Source: the human T2T-CHM13v2.0 reference genome, Homo sapiens | Strand: one strand, 5' to 3' | Length of the DNA: 64,000 bases | Assembly (NCBI RefSeq): GCF_009914755.1 | Contig: NC_060934.1 | Part shown: positions 13,246-26,338 of the stretch, piece after piece | Position numbering within the stretch: the stretch's first letter is position 1 | How the letters are laid out: each line of letters starts with the position of its first letter | The notes under the pieces: model-generated | Seen by the model: the letters and a program-made list of their open reading frames with translations, nothing else | What the model was told of the DNA's origin: nothing | Databases searched by the model: none | Position numbers and translations under genes: made by a program

Positions 13246-13439
13246 ATTAGCAATAATCCAAGTTAATCAAGCATTTTAGTTAGTTGAGGCTATTTATGTA
13301 GCTTGATGAAATTTGTTGTTTGTTAAGGAATGAGGTTAGACCATGCGAAATTCCAAGCCTGTGGCTTGATAGAATATTTTCTTATATTTCCTGGATAGAA
13401 TATCATCTGAACTCCACCCAGTGTGAACTTCTTGATGAT

Positions 13440-13690
13440 ACAGCGCAGTGATTCAGGACTCAAGACCTGCAGAAACAAACCCGTGTTCAAATCTTGGCTC
13501 CACCTCCTACTAGCTGTGTGAACTATGGTAAATTACATAATTTTTCTGGGCTGAAATGTCCTCACCTATTAAATGAGGATAAGGTATTCCTCATAATGTT
13601 GATATGAAGATAAACTATGATGATAAAAGAAAGCACTTGGCTTAGTGCCTGCACATGGTAAATGATCAATAAATGGTTTTTATTACCATC
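13440..13690 (+). mobile_element. MIR, near full length
   Basis: gttcaaatcttggctccacctcctactagctgtgtga...gcttagtgcctgcacatggtaaatgatcaataaatg. Confidence 0.85.
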
Positions 13691-16060
13691 ATTATGATTA
13701 GTGAATGTATTTATTTTGGTTGCCTCTCTCTAGAATATTTAACTTTCTGTCATTTTGAAGTCGATTTGCAGTGACAGATGACACAATAATGTCTTGTTTC
13801 TGAGTGGGACTATTTATGAGGAAGATGCATAAGGGAAACTTTCAGGGCTTGAACATGTTCTATGTTACTATCTGAAATGTCATCGAGCCGAACATTTATT
13901 ATTAGTGCACTTCTGTTTGTATGTGATAACTCAATACAATCTTCCCTGTTTACGGGTGGTGTAAAGATGAGGGAGAAGCTGTTGAAATACCTGGCACCAT
14001 AAAGAGAAGGGATGAAGCATTGCATTTTCTCTTAGAGGAGCCCCCATATCTTCAGGTAAATGCCTCTGCCTCTACCCTACCCTCTCTTTGTGCCCCTCCC
14101 TCACCATCTAATCTTTCTGCCTTTAGAACTAGGAGCACACCCCACACAATCTAGCTGGCCAGGTAAACGTGGTCATGGAAAATGGGAAAAAGGAATGTTG
14201 ACGGGTCATCTTATGAGCAGCAAGGTATAGCGTTCTACTTTATACAGATATAGTGTGGGTGGAGCAGGGATGGGGAGGTCAGCATCCGCTTTGGGCTGTG
14301 AACTTCTTGTTGCTGCCAAATGAGTTGGTCAAGATAGGACGTAAATTTAGTAGAATGATTGTCATTACTGCTCATGGAAAGGTCCGGGAGTCCATACTGG
14401 TGCACGGTCTACCACAGTCTCTCTTCCCTCTCTCTCTTTTCCACTGTCTCTCATACACAGACACACATTCTGATATTTAGGATATTCATTTTATTTAAAT
14501 CCTCCTACTATAAACAGGGATCTCACTCACCAAGTTCTCTGTATCATCTTTGTCCCTCAGTAGAAATTCCTACATGTTCCCTATGCCGGCTGCATCTGTG
14601 GAGGTCATGTACACCTGCAGAATGAACCTGGACTTTTTCTATGGAAGCCACTGAAACAAATGCCAACCTTGGCACAAATGAATATGTTTAAAGACTCCAG
14701 TTTCCACATGCCTACCACATTTCTCAGTGGGGGGAGGAAATGGGAACACTTTCCCTTGGATATATGATTGAATTTTAAAAAATCTATCAACTTGGTCCCT
14801 ATGGCCATTGCATGGATATTACCATGGTTTAAACTTTCTGGAACCTCTTTTAGTGTCGTGGAGCATAATGGAAGATGGTCTTTAATCACAACTCTGCCCC
14901 CACCGCCACCTCCTCCATGCCTATCAAAAGCAGCACCAGCAGTGTGAGGATCAATCGCCTCAAACTGTTTTTAGACCTGTCTCTTCCTCAGAAGAAAAGG
15001 CGTATTTGTTTTGATTCATGCCATACACCACTTTATGAATATGCTTTCCTATCTGCCTATGTAAAGGAAAGAGTGGAAATAAAGGACAAAACCAATAAAG
15101 ACCCAAACCAAAAGCACATGTCTTGAAGGGGAGCACACTAGGCCAGCAATGGCTGTTAAACAGATGAATCCACTGAAATGTAAAATATTCTGCAAAGTTT
15201 TGGCAGCTTTGAAATGCTACACTTTCTAGCTCTCATCTGTTAATCATCTGAGGGGACTTTCACAGCTCACCAGAAGGGACTGTCTTCTTTCTCTACATTC
15301 CCACAACTGCAAGTGCATATGATTCAGCAACTGAAGTGATAGGATGCAAATACAGCCATCAAAGCACTAAATGAAGAAAAAAATAACTGCAGGAAGACAG
15401 AGAGAGAGAGAAAGAGAGCTATTTTTACCCACCTTCACTTCTAACTGAATCTCACTGTATATATTTTTCAGCATATAAGCTCTTGAGTTAGTTTCAAGGT
15501 AAGTCAGAAACCTCTGGTCATATAGATGATATAATGCCAGGAAACCAAAATGACATAATGCGAAGAATTAAGGTTCTACACAAAAATATTTGAAGATTGT
15601 TTTAGGAAATTTATCTCCTTTATGTAGTATTTTTTAAAAGCAAAAGAAACCATCAACAGCACTAAATTTAAAACCATAGATAAAAAGCCTCCTCACCATT
15701 ATTCTAATTAGTTCCCTTGGGACAGGACCATTCCAGATGCCTAGGAATGGCCCAGAGACCACTGTTTTCTAAGAGAAAATAGTAACTCCAACCAGAGAGA
15801 TCATGCACTCTAAATACAATATGACGCATTTAAGGCACATCATATAAGATAAACTAGACCCGTGCACACCTGTGTCAGGTGTGCAGTTTTGTCATCAGTA
15901 GCCGAGTCTGCAGTGACATGAACCAAATGACCGGGAAGTCAGCCAAAGAACTCTGGATGGTTAGATTACCTCTGAGAAAGACCTTTCTATTATTGGAGGA
16001 AGAACTTCTAACTGTCCAAAGATGGACCAAGCTGGTGGACCAGTATGGATATGACCAGAT

Positions 16061-16200
16061 CAGTAGTTCTCAAACTGTGCTGCCCATTAGACTCTCCTGG
16101 TGGAGCTTTAAAACAATTCCTATTTCCTGGCTGTACCTGCCCGGGGTGAGGCTCAGGCATCAGTATTTTTACAGATTTTCCGGTGACTACAGCCACCTGT
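16061..16200. mobile_element. MER5-family MITE
   Basis: cagtagttctcaaact...aggctcaggcatcagtatttt. Confidence 0.6.
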
Positions 16201-16238
16201 GGGCTAGGTAAATGTTTGGGAGCCCCAGTGGACTTGCT

Positions 16239-16705
16239 CAGTGCATTTCAGACTTCAAGATGCACACACAGCACCAGGGCATGTGGTGAAAATGTGGATT
16301 CTAGGCTGGGCGCAGTGGCTGATGCCTGCAATCCCAACACTTTGGGAGGCTGAAGCAGGAGAATTGCTTGAGCCCAGGAGTTCGAGACCAGCCTCAGCCA
16401 CATGGCACAACCCTATAAAAAATGCAAAAATTAGCTGAGTGTGGTAGGGTGCATCTATAGTCCCAGCTACTTGGGAGGCTGAGGTGGGAGGATTACCTGA
16501 GCCCTGGGAGATTGAGGCTGCAGTGAGCCATGATCACACCACTGCACTCCAGCTTGGGTAACAGAGTGAGACCCTGTCTCAAAAAAAAAAAAAAAAAATG
16601 CAGATTCTGGTTCAGTGAGTCTGGGGTGGGACCTGAGATTCTGCATTTCTAAGCAGCTCCAGAGTGAGGCCACTGCTGCTGGTCCAGGAACCACACTTTG
16701 AGTAG
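16239..16705. mobile_element. MER5A split by an AluJ
   Basis: gcagattctggttcagtgagtctggggtgggacctgagattctgcatttctaag...ccacactttgagtag. Confidence 0.8.
16304..16598 (+). mobile_element. AluJ
   Basis: Full dimer with A18 tail; degenerate TSD aaaatgtggattcta/aaaatgcagattctg. Confidence 0.93.
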
Positions 16706-17177
16706 AGAGGCCCGGATGACTCAAAATCCTCTTCAACCCTGGGTTTCTGTGGGATTCAGCATCATTTTGAAGGAAGAGATAATGGGCTATGAGCAAACAC
16801 AGAGCAGCCTGCCACCTTCGCTGGCTGCAAGCTGGAAGCAACTCCCTCCTCATTCATGTGCCTCAGTTTCTCCATTTAAACAAAAGAGGGATTTTTTAAA
16901 GTTCTGCAGTGCCTCCTCTATCCTTCCCTCTCTGAAGCACCATTAAAATCATCAAAGCCCCTAACGAGGGAGAGCTCACAATGTTTAGAGTCCCACAGAG
17001 AAGCTGACCAGCAGGGAAGGCTTGCAGGGAAACCTCAGTTGGCATTCTCTCTTAGCTATTTGGGCTCCAGAATTATACTTGCGTCCTTGACCTACCCTGC
17101 TCTGCATTTGTACTAATACGCATTTATCCCAGACGAGTTTGAAAAGGGAACAGGTCATGTCTGTGGGGGAGTGACGC

Positions 17178-17420
17178 ATTCATTGACTGACACATTTGTA
17201 TTGAGTGCCTAGAAAGGCAGGGCCTGGCGAAAAAGGTAAGAAGATTTCGTCCTTGCCTTGGAGGTGCTGGTAGAGGTAGAGGTCACAGAAGACTCTGAAA
17301 GCTGTGATGGAAGTCTTGGCAGGGGACAGGGGCACAGAAGCTGTGGTGGTTAGTTCTTTCAGACAGGGGCATGTCAGGAAGGCTTCAAGGAGGAGGTGAC
17401 TAAGCTGAAAGGTGACTGTA
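17178..17420 (-). mobile_element. L2 fragment
   Basis: cattcattgactgacacatttgtattgagtgcct...tcaggaaggcttcaaggaggaggtgac. Confidence 0.7.
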
Positions 17421-19230
17421 CAGCTCAGTGGACAGGACAGCCTGGGTAGGGTTCAGTGCAAGCTGCGGTGACCTCCTGAGGCCTAGGGTGGGGAGGCACT
17501 AAAAGAGAAGTGGTTGAGCCCCATGGAGAGATGGGGACAGGGCTGATGGAGACAGACGGACAAGATGAAATTTTATTTCTTCCAAATCAATGGCCTTTAG
17601 GATCTATTCAGTGTTCATTTGGATTAGAGGTTGAATGGTGCAGGAGGCTTTCTCCAAAACCCCAGCATCCAACCTTTACAGACCGCTTCTTTATTCAGAT
17701 GGGAAAACCAAAGTTCAGGCAGAAAGCAGGAGGAATATGTCACCCACCTGCTAATTTTGCCCCACATGACCTCGGGGATGTGATCAAGGACATCTTATCG
17801 AGATGGGAGAGTTTTCCTGCCATCAGCCATCATTTCCATTTGTCAACACAAGTGGAAGACAGCTTTTGGAGGGTAGCTTTATTTCTCCACTTTGCCCACA
17901 GAGCTCAGCAGCATTTAAAATTCAGTCACTGTCATCGGCAAACCCCTTTGAGCAGAAACAATTCCAGCATTCTCTTCCTACTTGCAAAGGTGTTTAAGAT
18001 TAAGTTCTAAATATTTTAAAGGTATCTATGAGGATTGGATTCTTTTCTTAGTGATGACTTGATGAATAAATGATGCCCTAATTTCAGATTAATTATTGTC
18101 TAATGCTCTCTAATTCATTTCAGATTGGCGTTTAACTTCTTTTTCAACTTGACAACCTTTCAGGCAAAACTGATCAAAAAAAGCCAAGACTCCTTTTACA
18201 CAGGCACGGATTAGTTGTCTCTAGATATCAAATAAAGAAAAATAGCTGTTCAAATCCCTAATATTTTTGGCACTCTGTAAATTTAAACTCATCCAAAACA
18301 CATCTTTAAAAAATATTTTAAAGTAAGGGAAGGATTTTGAGCTCAGAGTCTGAGATTTTGTTCTGCCAAGTTTGAGCATGGAGCAGATTTTTACGGTTGA
18401 ATTATAAGCCCCTGAAAATAGGTTTATTATGGAAGTGTGAACACACAACTATAGCCTACAGTAGCATGAATGGCCCCCTTATCATAATGCTCCGATCCTC
18501 TCTTTTGTGCCGAATTGGCAAAGCAAGACACCTGCTTTGGCCTTTTTGCTAATACGTGTCAATGTCAGTTAAGAGCTTGTGCCCCTCTTTAGGGAGTTGC
18601 CCCAAAGTTTTTAGTAATTCTGAATTACTAGGGACTCCTATGTCCCCATGTGAGGAATTAATCTATCATTTATGATAGAATACTTGATGACATTAGAAAC
18701 ATTTTCTTGTGGAAGGAGAAACGGGGGCTTTCGGAGGAGAGGTGTGATAGCTGTGGCTGCGTTTATTGCCTGGGTCTTTAATGGCCAGCTATGGAGCAAG
18801 TTTCTCACCAGACAGAAAGGACAGGTGCACATCCCCGGGTCATGTTGCTGGGTCTGGGAAAGAAAGTATGGTGCACACAGGGGGAAACTATTGTTTGCCC
18901 AAAGTTTAAATGCTCTGCATTCTTTTGCCTCTGAAGTTTTCCCTAAAAAGCCTACATGTTTATTTTCTGGTACTAGTTTTTTTTCTACTACAAAGTAAAA
19001 CATTTGGAATTCTATTGCATGGTACTCATACAATTTTCATAACAGAATTAAAATTATCCTCAGCTGCAGAGTAAACCTCCATTGTGATTGGCTCCAAAAG
19101 GCAGTCTCTGTCAAGGGAGCCCACTCTACGAGGCTCGGTCACTGGGTAAAAATCATCAACAGCAGAGCTGCCTTAAACACGGGCCAAATTAAGCCTGATA
19201 GGGGAATTTTTGACTTTCACCAACTCGATG

Positions 19231-21588
19231 CAGGCATACCTCAGTGATATTGTGGGTTCAGTTCCAGACCACCATAGTAAAGCAACTTGCAAATTTTCTT
19301 TTGGTTTCTCGTGTATATAATAGTGATGTTTACACTATACTGTAGTCTATTAAGTGTGCAATAGAATTATGTCTGAAAAACAGTCTACATACCTTAATCT
19401 AAAAATACTTTGCTATAAAATGCTAAGGATCATCTGAGCCCTTAGCAAGCTGTAATCTTTTGCTGGTGAAGGGTCTTACCTCAATTTTCTCAATGATGAT
19501 GGCTGCTGACTGATAAGGATGGTGGCTGGTGAAGGTTGGGGTGGCTGTGGCAATTTCTTAAGATAACAATGAAGTTTGCCCCATTTATTGACCCTTTCAT
19601 GAAATAGTTTTTTAGCATGCAGTGCTGTCTGATAGCGTTTTACTCACAAGTAGAACTTCTTTCAACATTGGAGTCAATCCTCTGAACCCCTTTTGCTGCT
19701 TTGTCAACTAAGTTTGTAAATATTCTAAATCCTTTGTTGTCATTTCAACAATGTTCACAGCATTTTCACCAGGAATAGATTCCATCTGAAGAAACCACTT
19801 CCTTTACTCATCCATGAGAAGCAACTCCTCATCCGATCAAATTTTCTCATGAGATTGCAGCAATTCAGTCACGTCTTCAGGTTCCATTTCTAGTTCTAGT
19901 TGTTTTGCTGTTTCCACCACATCTGCAGTGACTTCCTCCGCTGAAGTCTTCAACACCTCCAAGTCATCCATGAAGGTTGGAATCAATTTTTTTTCCAAAC
20001 TCCTGTTAATGTTGATATTTTGACCTCCTCCCATGAATCACAAATGTTCTTGATGGCATATAGAATGGTGAATTCTTCCTAGAATGTTTTCAACTTACTT
20101 TGCCCAGATCCATCAGCAGAATCATGATCAATGGTAGCTAGAGCTTTATTAATGTATTTTCTGAAAAACGAGACTTGAATGTCAAAATCACTTTTTGATC
20201 CAGGGGTTGCAGAATGGATATTGTGTTAATGAAAACATTAATCTCCCTGTACCTCTCCATCAGAGCTCTTGAGTAACAAGGTGCATTGTTAATAAGCAGT
20301 AATATTTTGAAAAGAATTTTTTTTGGATAGTAGGTCTCAACAGTGGGCTTAAAATATTCAGTAAACCATCCTGAAAACAGATGTGCTCTCATCTAGGCTT
20401 TGTTCTTCCATTTATAGAGCATAGGCAGAGTAGATTTAGCATAATTCCTAAGTGTCATAGAATTTCTGAATGGTAAATGAGCATTGGTTTCGACTGAGAG
20501 TCACCAGCTGCATTAGCCCCTAACAAGGCATTAGTCAGCCTATCCTCTGGAGCTTTGAAGCCAGACATTGACTTCTCTTCCCTAGCTATGAAAGTCCTAG
20601 ATGGCATCTTCTTCCAATAAAAGGCTGTTGAGTATAGCCACCTCCATCAATGATCTCAGCAAGATCTTCTGGATAACTTGCTGCTGCTTCTACCTCATAA
20701 CTTGTGGCTTCACCTTGCACTTTTATATTATGGAGATGGCTTATTTCCTTAAACCTTACAATCCAATGTCTGCTAGCTTCAAACTTTTCTTGGGCAATTT
20801 CCTACCCTCTCTCAGCATTCATAAAATTGAAGAGAGTTAGGGTCTTGATCTGGATTAGGCTTTGGCTTAAAGGAATGTTCTGGCTGGTTTGATCTTCTAT
20901 CCAGACCACTAAAACTTTCTCCATATCAGCAAGAAGGCTGTTTTGCTTTCTTATCATTCTTGTGTTCACTGGAGTAGCACTTTTAACTCCCTTCAAGGAC
21001 TTTTATTTTGCATTCACACTTTGGCTGACTGGAACAAGAGGCCTAGCTTTCAGCCTATCTTGGGTTTTGACATGCCTTCCTCACCAAGCTTAATCATTTC
21101 CAGTTTTTAATTAAGTAAGAGACATGTGACTCGTCCTTTCACTTAAACACTTAGAGGCCATTGTAGGGTTATTAATTGGCCTAATTTCAATATTATTATG
21201 TCTCAAAGAGTAGCGAGGCTCAAAGAGAGAGAGAGAAAGATGAGGTCATGGCTGGTTGGTGGAGCAATTAGAAGGCATTTGACATTTATGGATTAAGTTT
21301 GCTGTGTTATATGGGTATGGCTCATGGTGCCCCAAAACAATTAAAATAGCAACATCAAAAGTCACTGATCACAGATCACCATAACAGACATAATAATAAT
21401 GACAAAGTCTGAAATATTATGAGAATTACCAAAACATGACACAGAGACCTAAAGTGAGCATATACTGTTGGAAAAATGATGCCAATAGATTTGCTTACTG
21501 CAGAGTGGCTGCAAACCTTCAACTTGTAAAAGACACACAATCTGTGAAACACAATAAAAACAGAGCACAATAAAATGGAGTATGGCTG
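19231..21588 (-). mobile_element. Tigger1, essentially full length, with decayed pogo-type transposase
   Basis: TIRs caggcatacctc / ggagtatggctg; 2.36 kb. Minus-strand ORF fragments [91 protein letters not shown]. Confidence 0.95.
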
Positions 21589-21714
21589 TGCAGTCTAATA
21601 TCAGTGAGCCAGAAATGTACTAAGTAGACTCTAAGAGAATTAAGTTTTGGTTACACATCTTCTCTCCCACCTCTCTGCAATCCTCAGCCCAGGGAGGCAC
21701 AGGAGGGCATGAGA

Positions 21715-22025
21715 CGCTTGGCATTTATTGAGTGCTTACTATGTGCTCAGCACTATTAAAAGAGTTTTCTAAGTATTAATTCATAAAATTCTCCCAACAA
21801 CCCTAGAGGTAGTTACTATTATTATCTCCATTTTACACAGGACGAAATACTCTTAGCAGAGGGGAAGAAATGTTATAGGAGCTTCAGCTTTGCTTACCAG
21901 CCTCCCTAGGTTTGCATTGCAGCTCTGCCACGTAATAGCTGTGTGCCCCTAGGCTAGTTGCTTGGGCTCTCTGGGCTTCAATTACCACTAAAATGTTATT
22001 TCTCTAAAATGGGAAAAACAATGTG
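21715..22025. mobile_element. Two MIR fragments (- then +)
   Basis: gcatttattgagtgcttactatgtgc...ccattttacacag; ctctgccacgtaatagctgtgtgcccctaggc. Confidence 0.7.
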
Positions 22026-22199
22026 AAATTATAGTTAAAGATGCTTGAGATAGAAATTTCTCTTCGATTACATGGGAAAATTCTATATTTTGATTGTTGA
22101 ACACATGTTAAGATGATTTTTTCAGTTTTTTGCTCATAAGTTGATGCTGCCATACTTGTCTCCAAACATCATGTTATACTGATGAGGGGACTGTGGTGT

Positions 22200-22480
22200 G
22201 TTTAGGATGGAAGTGAGGAGTGGAGGAGGGAAAGGGAGGAAGAAAGAAACCAGCAGCAAGTACTGGAATGACCATGTAAACCTGAAAATGCTCGAGAGTG
22301 AAGCCAGTGTGGAGGGATGCAGAGGCAAAAAAGAAAAAAAAGAGCAACAACCAAGCCCCCCAAGGATGTCATCCTAGCATATTGATCCAGCCCTGCTTGA
22401 AGCAGGATCTATTTTTTGGACCTTTCAGTTACATGACCCATACATTTTTATTTTTGGCTGTGGCAGTTTGAATGAATTTT
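22200..22480 (+). mobile_element. MLT1J/K-like LTR relic
   Basis: gagagtgaagccag...gatccagccctgcttgaagc...ttggacctttcagttacatgaccc. Confidence 0.65.
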
Positions 22481-22617
22481 ATACAAAATCAAAAGAATAC
22501 AATCTAAAATAATATCCTACTTCATTTCCCTTCACCTCTACTCTTCAACAATTCAAACCTAATTGGAGAGACAGCGTGCTATCTAGCCATTCATGATCAT
22601 TCCTGCCTTTTATCCAT

Positions 22618-22692
22618 TATCCATCCATCCATCCATCCATCAATCCATCCATCCATCCATCCATCCATCATCTATCCATCCATGTATCCACC
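22618..22692 (+). repeat. (CCAT)n microsatellite at an L2 tail
   Basis: Directly visible; followed by tctattgagcactcac (L2, minus strand). Confidence 0.9.
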
Positions 22693-22937
22693 CAGTATCT
22701 ATTGAGCACTCACTTGGAACCAGATGTGAAAAGAACAAAGATGAATGTGAGAATGCATCTTTTCCTTAAAGAGCTGCAGGCACATTCACAAAACTGCAAA
22801 TCTGGTAAAACAGCTACTATTCAATAGCAATGTACAGTTAGAGGGGCAGCCTTACAAATGGGATGGTGTGACTTTGGGAGAAGTTTCTCTACATTTCCAT
22901 GTATTGATTATTTAAGGCTACTTAAAATATTGTACAG

Positions 22938-22998
22938 GTAACAAACCTACACGTTGTGCACATGTACCGTAAAACTTAAAGTATAATAAAATAAAAAA
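22938..22998 (+). mobile_element. Extremely 5'-truncated L1PA insertion (~60 bp)
   Basis: gtaacaaacctacacgttgtgcacatgtaccgtaaaacttaaagtataataaaataaaa; TSD aaaatattgtacaggt (22924-22939) / aaaaaattgtacaggt (22996-23011). Confidence 0.9.
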
Positions 22999-24436
22999 AA
23001 ATTGTACAGGTTATATGGTACATTTTAATACAATCCCCACCTTTTGCTTCAGCTCTCTGAATTGAATGATGCACATTTTTGAACGAATGAATTCTCAAAC
23101 TTCAAGCCCCCTCCATGTGCATACATCTTCACTGTCTCAAAAGACTCCAGCATGAGGCCAGGGAAGAAAAGTGTCAAGTATGTTCAATATTTAAACAATT
23201 TAGAACCTCCCTATATCTTCTGCCATAGAGACATAGATTTATTTCCTGGTGAGATGGAGGGATCCTTTCTCAAGAGCTCCTAATAGAAATCCTTCAGTCA
23301 CTCTCAGTGAGTGGACTTTAAACACAGGTAGAGACGTATCATCAAATGGATGTTATTTAGAAGACATGTTTAAAAGACTAAAGAAGAGACTGGCCTGTCC
23401 AGCTGATTAATTATTTTTCAGCCAATTTCTCCCTGCTAAGGGTACTTTTATCACAAAAATGATCAAACATAACGCAAATTTATTAGGAATGCATCCTTGA
23501 TTTGTTTCCATTTGAGATGATTATGGGCTTATTATTTATTTTGCAAATGAACTCTGAAAACCTTTAATGTGCAGTGTTATTTGGTAACAAGATTTGATTT
23601 AGAATTCACATTGAGTATAATAAGCTATCAAAGGAAATGTTGCATCAGAATCTTTTGTGCTGTGTGTGTGAAATGTTCAAAGTAAGTACAAATATGACAA
23701 AATCTAAATCGTACATTTAAGAGGAAAATGGTGCTAAAAATTCTTGCTTGATGTTCAGATAATACAAGCAGCTTATAAGCCTTTGTGTTTTACTTATCTG
23801 CATTGTAAATAATATTAGGAGCATCCTAAAGTCATGGATTATTTATAAAACACAGATCAAAAGTCAATGAGTTTAAAAAACATAAAGTTAAACTTTTTAG
23901 TCTTTTTCCATAAGGCAGCATGACTTTTTCATATGCTCCCCACCTTTGAACAAATATGTTCACAGCAGCATCATTAAACATGTGATCACATCTCAACATA
24001 GCGGTGTCATTCACACGTTTTGGATGGGTGAGGGTGGGTCATTCTAGTGGTGCCCAAACATTATCAGGGAAGGGAGAACTGTCAGTTTTTAGAGAGTCAT
24101 TTTTAGAAAGACATGGGGTAAAATTTGGGGGCTGTGAAAAAAAGAAAAGCTGTACTCCTGGATTATTATCTCCCCTCACATCATTATTTTCCTCTCTCAC
24201 AGTCTACAATTCATTACCTAAATCTTGCAACTACGTACCTGTCTCCAGCCTCTCAATCTCTTCGTAAGCCACAGAAGAAACTTCTCCTTCGGATCTTAGA
24301 TTCCAGCTGTGTGCTAAAGGGGACAGTGTTGGAGCCAAAATAGGGAAGAGATGTCACCTGGTAGCACTTTCCATAGGATGTGTGTTGTTGGTGGTGTTTT
24401 GACACTGAGCCGTCTGGCGTTGGAGGCCTCTAAAGC

Positions 24437-24588
24437 AGTGCGTCTCAGGCTTGAATGTGTAACAGAGTCCCCCAGGGCTTGGGAAATGCAGATTCTAATT
24501 CGGATGGTCTGAGATGGGACCAATTCAAACAAGCTCCCAGGTGATACCGATGCTGCCAGTCCTCAGCCTGCACTCTGAGTAGCAATGC
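24437..24588. mobile_element. MER5A
   Basis: aaacaagctcccaggtgataccgatgctgccagtc...cactctgagtagcaatg. Confidence 0.8.
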
Positions 24589-24644
24589 TCTGAAGAATAG
24601 TGAATTGATATTCAAGATAGGGAAGCGCTGGGACATTAGGAATA

Positions 24645-24695
24645 GTGTGTGTGTACGTGCATGTGTGTGCATGTGTGCGTGCATGTGTGCATGTG
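24645..24695. repeat. (TG)n/(CATGTGTG)n alternating purine-pyrimidine tract
   Basis: Directly visible. Confidence 0.85.
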
Positions 24696-24839
24696 GTGGC
24701 AATGGCCTCCTAAGGCGTGGCCCATTCTTTGCCAACTCAACTCACTTGCTCTGGTGAGTAATCCAAGCAGTGTAAACATGTTTGACTCCTCAGACTGTGA
24801 GCTATTATTTGAGTCTCACACTATGAGATATTATTATTG

Positions 24840-24965
24840 AAAACCCTATTTTACAGATGAGGCACAGAGAAGTTAAGTGTCCTACCCAGTGTCACAGAGC
24901 TAATAATAGAGATAGGACCTTTTGGACCCACCCTGCCAGGATCTACACAACATGCCTTTAACCCC
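24840..24965 (-). mobile_element. MIR
   Basis: attttacagatgaggcacagagaagttaagtg. Confidence 0.75.
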
Positions 24966-25009
24966 TAGGCGATCCTTCCTCTGAGAATGTGTTTCAAGCT
25001 CTTTCCATC

Positions 25010-25390
25010 CTTGGGACCTTTGCAAATGCTGTTCCCTCTGCTAAGAGTGTCCCCCTGCGCCCACCACAACCTTTGCTCGATGACTCCACCTTCAGATTTT
25101 AGCTCAAACATCACTTCTTAGACAGCCTTCACGGACTCTTGTCTTACTTCAAATTAAATACGCTCTGCTTTTCTCTCAAAGCACCATGCTGCCTTCCCTC
25201 ATAGGTCTAATCACATTTTTCAGTGTTTTGATTCCTACTGTTAGCTTGTTTTCACACCCATCTCCCTCACAAAACTGTAAGCTCCATGAAGCCAGGGACT
25301 ATCACTGTTTATTTCACTAGCCTTCAACACTGTGTCTGGAACAAAATAAAGGCTCTAGACTACCTTGATTGACTGACTGAATGAATGAAG
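25010..25390 (+). mobile_element. L2 3' region
   Basis: gggacctttgcaaatgctgttccctctgc...ctgtaagctccatgaagccagggact...tgactgaatgaatgaa. Confidence 0.8.
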
Positions 25391-25902
25391 TGGATTTACA
25401 TTCTGCAAATAACCACTAAGCCACTAGAGGGCAAATATATTCATCACATGGACATACATTTCTCCAGTGTACCACATATGGTTGACATACCTAAGAAAAT
25501 GAATTCAAACAGCATTTCAGCTCTCATATGTGCCATTGACCATACAATAGGTAGAATAAAAAACTCATCTCAACTACATTAAAAAAATGAGGATATGAAT
25601 TGCAAAAGTCCATTCATTTCTAACTTCCTGATGCATCCCTCACCAGACACTGAAAAGAAAAAAATAATCCAAACGAAGTCCGAGAGGATTTTCAGGTTTT
25701 CAGAGCACAGTTCTACTTTTATTCTTTTTTGCTCAGGTTCTGTCCCAGACTTAATGATATTCCTTTTTCCCATGGTGTGCAGGGAACTTGGGGGGAAACT
25801 GAGCCTGAGAGCGGCATAAATACAGGTTTTTTTAGGGACTTGGTCCATGCATGGTGTCTCTGCAATGAGTCATCAGGGCATCAAGGATGATGTCAGAGAG
25901 GA

Positions 25903-26329
25903 TGTATTAGGCTGTTCTTGCATTGCTATAAATAAATACTGAGACTGGGTAATTTATGAAGAAAATGGGTTAATTGGTTCACGGTTCTGCAGGCTGTACA
26001 AGAAGCATGATGCTGGTATCTGCTCAGCTTCTGAGGAGGCCTCGCGAAGCTGACAATCATGGCAGAAGGCAAAGGGCAACTAGGCACATCACATGGCCAG
26101 AGCAGGAGCAAGAGAGAGAGTCGGGAGAGGTGCCACACACTTTTAAACAACCAGACCTCCCAAGAACTTCCTGACTATCTCGAAGATAGTACCAAGGGGG
26201 ATGGAGATAAACCGCTCATGAGAAATCCGCACCCATTAGCCAATCACCTCCCACCAGGCCTTGCCTCCGACACTAGAGATCACATTTCAACATGAGATTT
26301 GGGCAGGGACACACATGCAAACTATATCA
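25903..26329 (-). mobile_element. MSTA solo LTR (ERVL-MaLR), complete
   Basis: tgtattaggc...aactatatca, 427 bp, TG..CA termini, perfect 5-bp TSD gagga. Confidence 0.93.
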
Positions 26330-26338
26330 GAGGACAGT

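Noticed and set aside
13851-13860. Perfect p53 half-site gaacatgttc
   Set aside because: No adjacent second half-site; single half-sites are expected by chance.
17510-18010. 166-aa + strand ORF
   Set aside because: GTG start, no homology recognised, no splice context.
25421-25435. CTCF-like ccactagaggggca (similar at ~11674 and ~26584)
   Set aside because: Each mismatches the conserved terminal C of the core; not supportable without ChIP data.
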